Notes under the pieces: generated by a model
Database searches by the model: none
Told to the model about the DNA's origin: nothing
What the model saw: the letters and a program-made list of their open reading frames with translations, nothing else
Program-made: the position numbers and the translations under genes
Part shown: in pieces, positions 1-10,500 of the stretch
Layout: every line of letters starts with the position of its first letter
Numbering within the stretch: the first letter of the stretch is position 1
NCBI GenBank assembly: GCA_900617105.1
Contig: UYFQ01000310.1
Location: 1-47,335 of the forward strand
Source: Hydrurus foetidus
Lineage: Eukaryota
Direction of reading: 5' to 3'
DNA length: 47,335 nt

Positions 1-307
1 GAAGATAGAGATGTTAGATTCTTCATGATATGGTCCTAGACATGGTAAAGCAATTAAGTAGTCGATACTACGTTTGCAGCAAAATCACGACCATTTTTCA
101 CCTTTTCAATTTTCCCTTTCTGGTCACCCGAGACAATTAGTGGCAGATTCATTATCACTGAACGTTTTGCAACAGCGTGGACAAATGATGGAGATTCTGT
201 CGGCTATATAGTTGTGGTTCCATATTGTCCAGTAACTCAGTACTTGGACAGAAAAAGGTCCAATGTCACCGGGACACACTCAACCTCCCGCAAACAAAGG
301 ATCAGTA

Positions 308-536
308 GTTTCATGACAATGAAACTACTTTGAAGACAAAGTTCACAGCGAGATGTGTTGTTCATAGCATGTGCTTGAGGAACGTTGCATGAATGCTTAC
401 AGTAACGAAGTGCTTTGGCGATACTGAAGAATCATGAAAAGCGAACGTTCATTTGCGTGAGGTCAGAGGTTCGTACTAACTGATACATGGCGATAGTACA
501 GGGTACGTATGCATGTATATGTATAGCGAACGTACA
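308..536. repeat. Dispersed repeat; diverged inverted copy at 33541-33765
   Basis: gttcacagcgagatgtgttg...gtgcttgaggaacgttgcat...gcgaacgttcatttgcgtgaggtcagagg..ttcgtactaactgatacatggcgatagtacaggg is the reverse complement of 33541-33765, with scattered substitutions. Confidence 0.85.
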
Positions 537-760
537 ATGATCACAGAATCCGTGACGGGATGGATGGCACGTCAACTGGATGGACGATGAAGGCTTAAGA
601 ATTCGGAGATTGATCACTGTTCTCTGAAGTTGATGAGTTGTTGATTGTTGATTGTTGAGAGCGAGATGAGTTGCGCGGACAGAGGAGAAGAAGCGTTTCC
701 AATTAAAATAGTGTAACCATCATCTAAATGATCGTCAACTTGCCATCTGATTTGCTATAA

Positions 761-915
761 GGGCTAGCTTTCCAAATAAAAGCTAGCCAGCCAGAGAAAA
801 ATAAAAGCTAGCCAGCCGGGCTACTTGGGCTAGATTTTTCGACGAAATCTAGCCATACATCTAGCCTAGCCACTGGCTAGCGCTAGGCTAGCAAAATCTA
901 GCCTAGCCAGAACCC
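761..915. repeat. CTAG/GCTAGC-rich cluster, possibly the subterminal region of a DNA transposon
   Basis: More than a dozen CTAG-centred motifs in both orientations, including the direct repeat aaataaaagctagccagcc x2. Confidence 0.45.
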
Positions 916-998
916 CCAGCTGGTACCCGTTCAACGGAACTAAGCAACTTTTTTCACTAATGATTTTTTTCAAGAATTTCCTTTGAATTATATGGAGT

Positions 999-1378
999 TT
1001 CGTCACACATATATATTTCCTCATTTTCATCGTCATTCCGCAGGGAATCTTGGAAACTTGCGTCTTGCTTTCAAATCCACCAGAATATGGATTAACTGCA
1101 CTTGCTCAGAATTTATATCACATAGTCTGTAATAGTAACAAATCAACGTTGCTGAAGAAATCAACGAAAGTAGTCCAGCACCATGAAGCAAGCCGACCTT
1201 CTCTGGCTTCTATTCCTCACTGGCGTAGCAGCCATCAAAACAAATGAAGCCGATCTCGGAAAAGAAACGATGCGAACATATCAGCCCACAGTTGAACACA
1301 CACCCCTTCCAAGAGTGGAGATCACTTTCACCCCAGTATTTATAGAAAATGATTTACCTACGGCTCTTCCGACTGAAG
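999..1378 (+). repeat. ~380-bp direct duplication of the mucin-like gene upstream region and 5' end (second copy 7410-7788)
   Basis: Near-identical to 7410-7788 (offset ~6410); only a few differences, e.g. cagaatatgg vs cagaggatgg. Confidence 0.95.
1183..1378 (+). pseudogene. Truncated 5' copy of the mucin-like gene, fused to Copia LTR sequence
   Basis: MKQADLLW...LPTE identical to the 7593 ORF, then reads into the LTR (GWKSGRF...) to a stop at 1491. Confidence 0.85.
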
Positions 1379-1656
1379 GTTGGAAATCTGGGCGATTTAC
1401 ACGGAATTTCTTCCGAGTTCCCAAACGATCCCTGCACTTCCGACTGCTAGCAACGCTTGCTCAAAAGAGAAGAAGACGTTCTATTCGGTAAGTTGGATTA
1501 AACGACAGTGACATGCTGTCGATTACATCTAGCTAGCATAACATGAGTGCGAGGGTTGCGGTCAATGCTATCGCTGAATGTACGTACACCCGTGCATGAA
1601 AACAATCATACATCACGCAGGGTACATGATCCTAGTCTAATCCGGATATCACAACA
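1379..1656 (-). repeat. Copia-1 3' LTR (outer terminal base missing)
   Basis: gttggaaat...atcacaaca identical to 7132-7409; the T of the TG terminus is absent at the host junction. Confidence 0.95.
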
Positions 1657-1665
1657 CACCCCCAT
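1657..1665 (-). promoter_or_regulatory. Polypurine tract of Copia-1
   Basis: Minus-strand ATGGGGGTG immediately precedes the 3' LTR TG. Confidence 0.75.
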
Positions 1666-2165
1666 GATGGTTATTGTTTGAATAAGTGAATATGTTAATT
1701 AGCATATGCTTATATAGTATACTTATTGGTTATTGTTCATAATGTTTCACACAACACTCAGATAGGGAGCTTAGTGTTAGGGTATGGTAAACAGTAAATT
1801 TTCTTAAAAATATTTTTCACGGAATTTTTAATATTGACAAGTTGCGTCGTGATATGGTGTAAAATAAAACATGGGTGGTTGGATTAGTAAATGGGTATTA
1901 CTCGAGAAAAACTATTTCTAAACCGTCAAAAAGCCTCAGCTGGTGACCGGTCTCGAGTTCGATCCAACCGATGTTGGTGCCCTTAAATCCGCTAAAACGT
2001 CGACATTCGATGTCGCAAAAGCGGTGCATCGATGTCCCTCGCGGTCCTATCAAACAAATGTTGATTTAAAGCGAAATCAGATTTTTATTTTTATTTTGTA
2101 ATTTATCTGGAAAAAGCGCTATAAGTGGGTAAGTCAAAATCAATAAATAACTCCCCTGAATTTCT

Positions 2166-5100
2166 TTATACATTGAGCACTTGGTCGCGTAGCTCTTGGA
2201 ATAGCTTCCCCTGCAGTGGCTTGGTCAGCAAATCTGCAATCATTTCTTTAGTACTCTTGTAGGTTACAATAATATGGTCTGATTTAATTCGGTCATGCAG
2301 GAAGAAAAACTTGATGTCTATGTGTCTAGTTCTTTCACTGTTGGACCTACCGTTCTTAACTAACTGAATTGTGGATAGGTTATCTTGGTAAATTAAAGCT
2401 GGACCTACCTCATACTCTTGATGGATAAGGAAATTCCTAGTCCATAAAACCTGATTACCTGCTTCAGTCATAGCTACTAGTTCTGCCTCTGTGCTAGACG
2501 TAGTATTTAATTTCTGAGTGGAACTCTTACCATATATTGCTCCCTTACCTAGTGTTATAATACAGCCAGTGTGACTCTTCTTATCTGCATGTACAGCGTA
2601 TGATGCATCTATATAGGCTATAACCTTAACCGGAGTATCTACCTCTAGGGTCAGCGGCATAGCTCTGGTCTCTCTGATATACCGTATAGTATGCGCTAAC
2701 TTATTCCAGTCGTCGGTTCTAGGTTCTAAGACTCTTTTAGTTAGATATGCTATACATGTCAGTATGTCTGGTCTGGTTCTCTTACTTAAATATAACAACT
2801 TAGCTGTTAGTGAGTGGAATCTCTCACGTTCTTTATCTTTCAATAAAGGACTGTTAAGATCGATCTTGAATAGATTATCGTCGGCAGGTGTTCTAGACAC
2901 CCCCACAATCTCTATGCAATCGTCTAACAAGTCTTTTATGAAACCTTCCATGGATATGACAACTCTGCCTAACTGCTCAAAGTTAAAAGTCATACCTATA
3001 TAATTCAACACTCTGCCTCTACTCTTAGTCAGGCCTGGGTATAGGTTTTCTATCTCTGAAATTATACTATCTATACGCTTCTCATCCCTACTGCTGATCA
3101 TCATATCGTCAACATGGATAACTAAAGTAGTCTGAGTGGAATCTAGCTCAGTCCTATTGAATACACATATGTCTGATGGATTTACCTTATAGCCTAACTG
3201 TGTTAAGTCTGATGATATTTTATCGTACCATAACTTAGCTGACTCTACGCATCCATATAATGCTTTCTTAAGCTTAACTACTACTGTTCCTTTCTCATTT
3301 ACATACTTCTGATAGGACTTGTCAATGCTAACTAATATGTTAGTCAAATATTTATTCAGTCTCATCAGCACTGCATGGTCACCGTCTAGTGGCATATCAC
3401 TGTTGAGGAATGCACCAGGAAAATCGATCGTAGCGACCGCTCGATTTTCACTAGCAGCAATTGCAGCAACAATAAATACGCTAGTGGTGCTAACAGTTGG
3501 TGATGAACCGTTATCATATATATTTCTATCTTGTAAGTGACCTCCTGCTACAAGTCTAGATTTTAGCTTATCAAATTTACCATCTGCTGTATACTTATCT
3601 TTTAAAAACATACTGCTGGTTATGATACTTTTCCTCTGATTGTAACTAAGACTGTTGAGGTGAACTGCCTCCCACACATTCTTATCACACATCTGTTGTA
3701 ACTCTTTTTAATGGAATCTACGGCTATCTCGCCTAATTTCTGTACTCCTTCTGTTACGGTCATGTTCATCATGTACTTACACATAACTGAATCTTTGTAG
3801 CTAGGTATACTTAAACCTACTAATCTCTTATTCCATCTACCTGGCTGATGGTTTCTAGCACTACGTCTGGGTTGTTTATCTAGAATTTCCTCTGACTTGC
3901 TATTTTCTGTGGTGGGGGTATCTACCTCATCATCACTGTCTACACCAAATATATCATTCATTAATGCATCGGGGTCAGTTGGTGTATCGTCATACACTAC
4001 ATCCTCTCCTTCATTAACGTATATATCATTTGGTATGTATTCTGTTAATTGTTCGAACTCTGATTCGTAAGCTACATCAGAATTGCCATCGTATGAGTCA
4101 AAATTATTTGCTATCTCATGATGCACAAATTCGTCTTCTGTAGGGTAACTATACGGTGTTATCATGTCAGGTGTCTGCAACTCAAATTCATCGTTGGAGT
4201 AATCATTTCCATCGTCTTCGAGGATTTGATTACTCTGTTCGAAAATAGGTTGCTTGACATTCACTGACATATTTAATTTCCTCTCAGATGCTAACTTATC
4301 GAGGTAACTGATCACATCATCTGTCATGGGTAGGCTAGTAGCCTTTGTCCTCTTTACTACTTTTAAGTTAGCTAACAGCAGATAATACCATGAACCTTCT
4401 AGGTTGCCTGCACTAACTAATGCTATTGCTGCCTGTGATCTGGGTTTAGTCGAGTTGTCCACGGAATCGGTATGTACTTGTACGTAATCACCGAAACCGT
4501 GTTTCAACTCCTTATCTACGTTAATCTTTCTACCGTATAATTTCTCTCTGGGGCTGACGTAAGCTACACTGTTTCTAGTTGGTACTAAATTTAATCTGTT
4601 CACAACATATCTAAGTAACCAACTTTCTAGTAGCTCACTCAGTGAAAAAGGTACCGTGTTGATGATGGCACGAACACGTTCCTTGATCACTCTGATCTTC
4701 CTCTCAACTACAGCTACTGCTTCTCCTGCTCCAGTACTGTCTAATATAATACCTAGTGCGGCTAGCTTACTCTCAAAACTTATAGTGTTAACTGCCGACT
4801 CTCCGTCTATTCTTATCATAGTTATCTTAAATCCATACTTAGTAATGTGATGTATGTTGCTCTCTAAGTTCATCCATAAGGAAGACTTGTTTTTACGTGA
4901 GAGTTTACATATCATCACATATTCTAAGGGATTTGTAACAGTGACTAGATAGGGTATCGAGTTCACAAACATCAAATCTATGTACATAACCTGGTTCAGG
5001 AACTGCCTATCTACAACTGGCATCTCTTCCTCTAACTCAGTTTTGTGACTAGTTGTTTTCCCCTTAAGGGAACCCAAATCTGGTCCAAAAATATCTAATG

Positions 5101-5940
5101 CTCTAACTACATCTTGTGCTGTTATGTCACTCTTATCTAATTTCCCCTGACCTATTAATTTAATTAACTGTCCTGGGCTGGCGTAACCTAACTTTCTCTG
5201 ATACTCTCTAGCTAACTCTGCTGACTTAACTTGTCTAGCTGTATACAGTTTCTTCTTATCCTTAACTGTCATGACCATGATCGATTTATCGAACGATACA
5301 TTCTTGTAACTGACATTTCTGTCTAAGTCGCATAGATATATGTTCGTAGACTGATCATGGACAAATCTATATACAGGTCCTAACTTAATCATCCTAACTT
5401 TGTAACAATCCTGGTCACTGTCATAGCTAACTGACTCGCTCGAGCTGACTATGTTACCGAAGGATAATATATTTGCTATACAATTGCTATCGTAGTAAAC
5501 TGTTCCGAAGTCCGTCTCGCCACACTCCGTGATTATCAAGGGTTCCCCTGAGGGTTCACTCCATTAATAATCATCGGGGTAGCGGACGGCATAATACTAT
5601 AAAATAAATCTCCACTACAAAATACTGACTCTGCTGCACATGTATCTAACAACACTTGTCTCTCTGTAAATGTGGAACTGTGTGTATATACATTCGCACT
5701 AAAAATCACAGGGTCACCCCCACAATTTTTACTGTTCAGTGGACAAAAATTCTCCAATCTGCATGCTTTATCTAACAATGGCACAAACGCAGGGTAACCG
5801 GTCGACGTTGCAAATACGTCATGCAGTCCGGTTTCCCCACACGGAACATTTACATCCTTAGCTAGTGAATCAGGTAAAGAAACATATAAGGGACTTACTT
5901 TTCCGAGGAAGGGTGACGCGCAGGTGCGTTCTTCCTCGGG
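2166..5940 (-). CDS. pol: Copia-1 pol (protease, integrase, RT, RNase H); split by single-base frameshifts at ~5540 and ~3705
   Basis: LLDTCAAES (PR); YIDLMF..IRIDGE..VERKIR (IN); KSRLVAGG, LKKALYG, IHVDDM (RT); YIDASYA, SSTEAELVA, YQDN, RTRHIDIK, ADLLTKPL (RH). Confidence 0.93.
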
Positions 5941-7075
5941 GCTTCTTACACTCGTACGCATAGTGGCCCTCCTCCCCGCAGTTGTTGCAGGCTCCGTAAC
6001 GGGTACCGTACTCCTGTACGGCACCACCTCTCTCTCTCTGCGGGGTGGCCTCCCTATCCCTATAGGGAGTGCCTGCCCTCGCTGTACTCTCGCTGCCGGG
6101 GGTATCGTACCCTCCCTTCTCAGCTCCCTGACTGCCTCCGCGGCCTCTGCCGCCTCTCCCACCGGAACCCGCTCTCCCACCCCGACTGGCCGCGAAAACG
6201 TTTCGCTTCTCCGAGTTCGGGGGAGCTCCTCCGTGGACGGGCCTTCCCATAAGGAAGTTGGCCGCGTCCTGGTTGGCATCACCCATGGTCTGCGGCCATG
6301 GGCGAACCTTATTTTTAAACGTATTAATATATTCTGAATAGTTTGAATTCAGTGCAGTTATAAATAAGACAGCATGGAACTCATCTGTGTGTTCTGGCGC
6401 TTCTTCGTCTGCCAACCTGTAGGCTTCGCTCTTGACAAATAGCAGAGTCCGGCACCTACTATAGTATGCTGCTAGATCTTCGTGTTGAGTCATTTTATTG
6501 TTATAAAAGTTTCTAACTGCTGTAATTATGTTATAGGTTTCTCCATACCTTTTGTTGTTCATGTGTGTTGCAACCACACATGTCAACAGACCTAGTGGAT
6601 CACATTCCTCCATAGCTCTCTTTCCAGCAGGCATCTCGTTCACCCTTGTGATCGAGGCCTCTGACATTTGACCTAATAATACACCATATAGTTTTGCACA
6701 ATCTTTTATAAGTAATTCATCAGCAGCATCGTATTTCTTACGTGCTGTTTTCCATCTCTCTATCGCGACTAGGCCTGCTCCCTCCGGCGGATCTTCAGGT
6801 TCCACCTGCTCCACGTAGTCGTACAGGATTCCGTCGATACCTATAATTTCTTTGATAGTAGATTCATAAGTACTGTACATATATACTCGAAAACATTCCA
6901 GCCATTTCAGCACAGATTCTGGATCTGCCGCTTGTCCTCGCGGCAAATCCAGGTAAGCACCTACCTCGGGCTTCCTACCTTTAGATATGGGTTTATGAGG
7001 CTCTCCTTGCCCTCTACCATATCGACCCCTGCCCCCGCCACGGGACTGGAATCTCCCATCGCCTCGTCCTCTCAT
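5870..7075 (-). CDS. gag: Copia-1 gag
   Basis: RGG-rich N-terminus starting MRGRGDG (ATG at 7075); zinc knuckle CNNCGEEGHYAYEC; homologous to the Copia-2 gag. Confidence 0.9.
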   Translation of the reverse strand: MRGRGDGRFQSRGGGRGRYGRGQGEPHKPISKGRKPEVGAYLDLPRGQAADPESVLKWLECFRVYMYSTYESTIKEIIGIDGILYDYVEQVEPEDPPEGAGLVAIERWKTARKKYDAADELLIKDCAKLYGVLLGQMSEASITRVNEMPAGKRAMEECDPLGLLTCVVATHMNNKRYGETYNIITAVRNFYNNKMTQHEDLAAYYSRCRTLLFVKSEAYRLADEEAPEHTDEFHAVLFITALNSNYSEYINTFKNKVRPWPQTMGDANQDAANFLMGRPVHGGAPPNSEKRNVFAASRGGRAGSGGRGGRGRGGSQGAEKGGYDTPGSESTARAGTPYRDREATPQRERGGAVQEYGTRYGACNNCGEEGHYAYECKKPRGRTHLRVTLPRKSKSLICFFT

Positions 7076-7119
7076 CCTTGCAAAGCTTTTGCAACTTCTA
7101 GCTAATCTATCTAAGGATG

Positions 7120-7130
7120 ACTGTCGTTTA
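7120..7130 (-). promoter_or_regulatory. Copia-1 primer-binding site, non-tRNA, complementary to its own LTR
   Basis: Sense TAAACGACAGT directly follows the 5' LTR; it is the exact complement of LTR sense ACTGTCGTTTA (7262-7252). Confidence 0.8.
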
Positions 7131-7409
7131 TGTTGGAAATCTGGGCGATTTACACGGAATTTCTTCCGAGTTCCCAAACGATCCCTGCACTTCCGACTGC
7201 TAGCAACGCTTGCTCAAAAGAGAAGAAGACGTTCTATTCGGTAAGTTGGATTAAACGACAGTGACATGCTGTCGATTACATCTAGCTAGCATAACATGAG
7301 TGCGAGGGTTGCGGTCAATGCTATCGCTGAATGTACGTACACCCGTGCATGAAAACAATCATACATCACGCAGGGTACATGATCCTAGTCTAATCCGGAT
7401 ATCACAACA
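7131..7409 (-). repeat. Copia-1 5' LTR (279 bp)
   Basis: TGTTG...CAACA inverted termini; identical to 1379-1656. Confidence 0.97.
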
Positions 7410-7592
7410 TTCGTACACACATATATTTCCCCATTTTCATCGTCATTCCGCAGGGAATCTTGGAAACTTGCGTCTTGCTTTCAAATCCACCAGAGGATGG
7501 ATTAACTGCACTTGCTCAGAATTTATATCACATAGTCTGTAATAGTAACAAATCAACGTTGCTGAAGAAATCAACGAAAGTAGTCCAGCACC

Positions 7593-10500
7593 ATGAAGCA
7601 AGCCGACCTTCTCTGGCTTCTATTCCTCACTGGCGTAGCAGCCATCAAAACAAATGAAGCCGATCTCGGAAAAGAAACGATGCGAACATATCAGCCCACA
7701 GTTGAACACACACCCCTTCCAAGAGTGGAGATCACTTTCACCCCAGTATTTATAGAAAATGATTTACCTACGGCTCTTCCGACTGAAGATCCAACAGCAA
7801 AGCCAACTTACCAGCCAACGCCCTCACCAACATACCAGCCAACAGCCGTGCCAACAGCGAAGCCAACACCTTCACCAACGTACCAGCCAACAGCCGTGCC
7901 AACAGCGAAGCCAACACCTTCACCAACGCACCAGCCAACAGCCATGCCAACAGCGGAGCCAACACCTTCACCAACGTACCAGCCAACAGCCTTGCCAACA
8001 GCGAAGCCAACACCTTCACCAACGTACCAGCCAACACCTTCACCAACATTTGTGCCGTCACCTTCACCATCTTTGGTTCCTTCGGTCCTAGCTTCCCCAA
8101 CTCTTTGTCCTACGGGAGCTCCTTATGCTCATGGACGCACTTATAAACCGACGGAAAGTCAAGAGTGTTTCAAACCGACGAAAAGTCCAGTCAGCAAAAA
8201 GCCAACATACAGTCCAACCAAAAAAAATCCTCCTACCCGTCGACCATCTACCCCAAAACCCTCTAAAGCCCCGAAGACGCCTAAGCCATCAACGGGAATG
8301 CCAATATGTCCGCTCTCACAGCCAACACAGTCACCAAGTGTCGATTCTTCTCCACCATTCCCAAACAAGTTCACACCAAGCCCTTTCTCCGTACAGCCAT
8401 CACCTGAACCAACACCTTCACCAACGCACCAGCCAACAGCCGTGCCAACAGCGGAGCCAACACCTTCACCAACGAACCAGCCAACAGCCGTGCCAACAGC
8501 GAAGCCAACACCTTCACCAACGTACCAACCAACAGCCGTGCCAACAGCGAAGCCAACACCTTCACCAACGCACCAGCCAACAGCCGTGCCAACAGCGGCC
8601 AACAGCCAACACCTTCACCAACGTACCAGCCAACAGCCGTGCCAACAGCGAAGCCAACACCTTCACCAACGCACCAGCCAACAGCCGTGCCAACAGCGGA
8701 GCCAACACCTTCACCAACGTACCAGCCAACAGCCGTGCCAACAGCGGAGCCAACACCTTCACCAACGCACCAGCCAACAGCCGTGCCAACAGCGGAGCCA
8801 ACACCTTCACCAACGTACCAGCCAACAGCCGTGCCAACAGCGAAGCCAACACCTTCACCAACGTACCAGCCAACAGCCGTGCCAACAGCGGGGCCAACAC
8901 CTTCACCAACGTACCAGCCAACAGCCGTGCCAACAGCGGAGCCAACACCTTCACCAACGTACCAGCCAACAGCCGTGCCAACAGCGAAGCCAACACCTTC
9001 ACCAACGCACCAGCCAACAGCCGTGCCAACAGCGGAGCCAACACCTTCACCAACGTACCAGCCAACAGCCGCCAACAGCGGAAGCCAACACCTTCACCAA
9101 CGTACCAGCCAACAGCCGTGCCAACAGCGGGGCCAACACCTTCACCAACGCACCAGCCAACAGCCATGCCAACAGCGGAGCCAACACCTTCACCAACGTA
9201 CCAGCCAACAGCCGTGCCAACAGCGGAGCCAACACCTTCACCAACGCACCAGCCAACAGCCGTGCCAACAGCAGCCAACACCTTCACCAACGTACCAGCC
9301 AACAGCCGTGCCAACAGCGGAGCCAACACCTTCACCAACGTACCAGCCAACAGCCGTGCCAACAGCGGAGCCAACACCTTCACCAACGTACCAGCCAACA
9401 GCCGTGCCAACAGCGGAGCCAACACCTTCACCAACGTACCAGCCAACAGCCGTGCCAACAGCGGAGCCAACACCTTCACCAACGTACCAGCCAACAGCCG
9501 TGCCAACAGCGAAGCCAACACCTTCACCAACGTACCAGCCAACAGCCGTGCCAACAGCAAGCCAACACCTTCACCAACGTACCAGCCAACAGCCGTGCCA
9601 ACAGCGGAGCCAACACCTTCACCAACGTACCAGCCAACAGCCGTGCCAACAGCTAGCCAACAGCGGACCAACACCTTCACCAACGCCAGCCAACAGCCGT
9701 GCCAACAGCGGAGCCAACACCTTCACCAACGCACCAGCCAACAGCCGTGCCAACAGCGGAGCCAACACCTTCACCAACGTACCAGCCAACAGCCGTGCCA
9801 ACAGCGAAGCCAACACCTTCACCAACGTACCAGCCAACAGCCATGCCAACAGCGGAGCCAACACCTTCACCAACGTACCAGCCAACAGCCGTGCCAACAG
9901 CGGAGCCAACACCTTCACCAACGTACCAGCCAACAGCCGTGCCAACAGCGAAGCCAACACCTTCACCAACGTACCAGCCAACAGCCGTGCCAACAGCGGA
10001 GCCAACACCTTCACCAACGTACCAGCCAACAGCCGTGCCAACAGCGAAGCCAACACCTTCACCAACGCACAAGCCAACAGCCGGGCCAACACCAATGCCA
10101 ACAGTGGAGCCAACACCTTCACCAACGTACCAGCCAACAGCCGTGCCAACAGCGAAGCCAACACCTTCACCAACGTACCAGCCAACAGCCGTGCCAACAG
10201 CGAAGCCAACACCTTCACCAACGTACCACCAACAGCCATGCCAGCAGCTGCCAACAGCGGAGCCAACACCTTCACCAACGCACCAGCCAACAGCCGTGCC
10301 AACAGCGGAGCCAACACCTTCACCAACGTACCAGCCAACAGCCGTGCCAACAGCGGAGCCAACACCTTCACCAACGTACCAGCCAACAGCCGTGCCAACA
10401 GCGAAGCCAACACCTTCACCAACGCACCAGCCAACAGCCGTGCCAACAGCGGAGCCAACACCTTCACCAACGTACCAGCCAACAGCCGTGCCAACAGCGG

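Larger units (their letters stand above)
1379..7409 (-). mobile_element. Ty1/Copia LTR retrotransposon (Copia-1), full length, young
   Basis: Two apparently identical LTRs; gag with CCHC knuckle, then PR-IN-RT-RH order; PPT next to the 3' LTR; no 5-bp TSD. Confidence 0.97.

Noticed and set aside
1..307. Possible transposase relic on the minus strand
   Set aside because: No ORF or diagnostic motif visible.
3700..5945. Copia-1 frameshifts as programmed recoding or true pseudogenisation
   Set aside because: Each sits in a short homopolymer and the LTRs are identical, so sequencing error is more likely; this cannot be resolved without reads.
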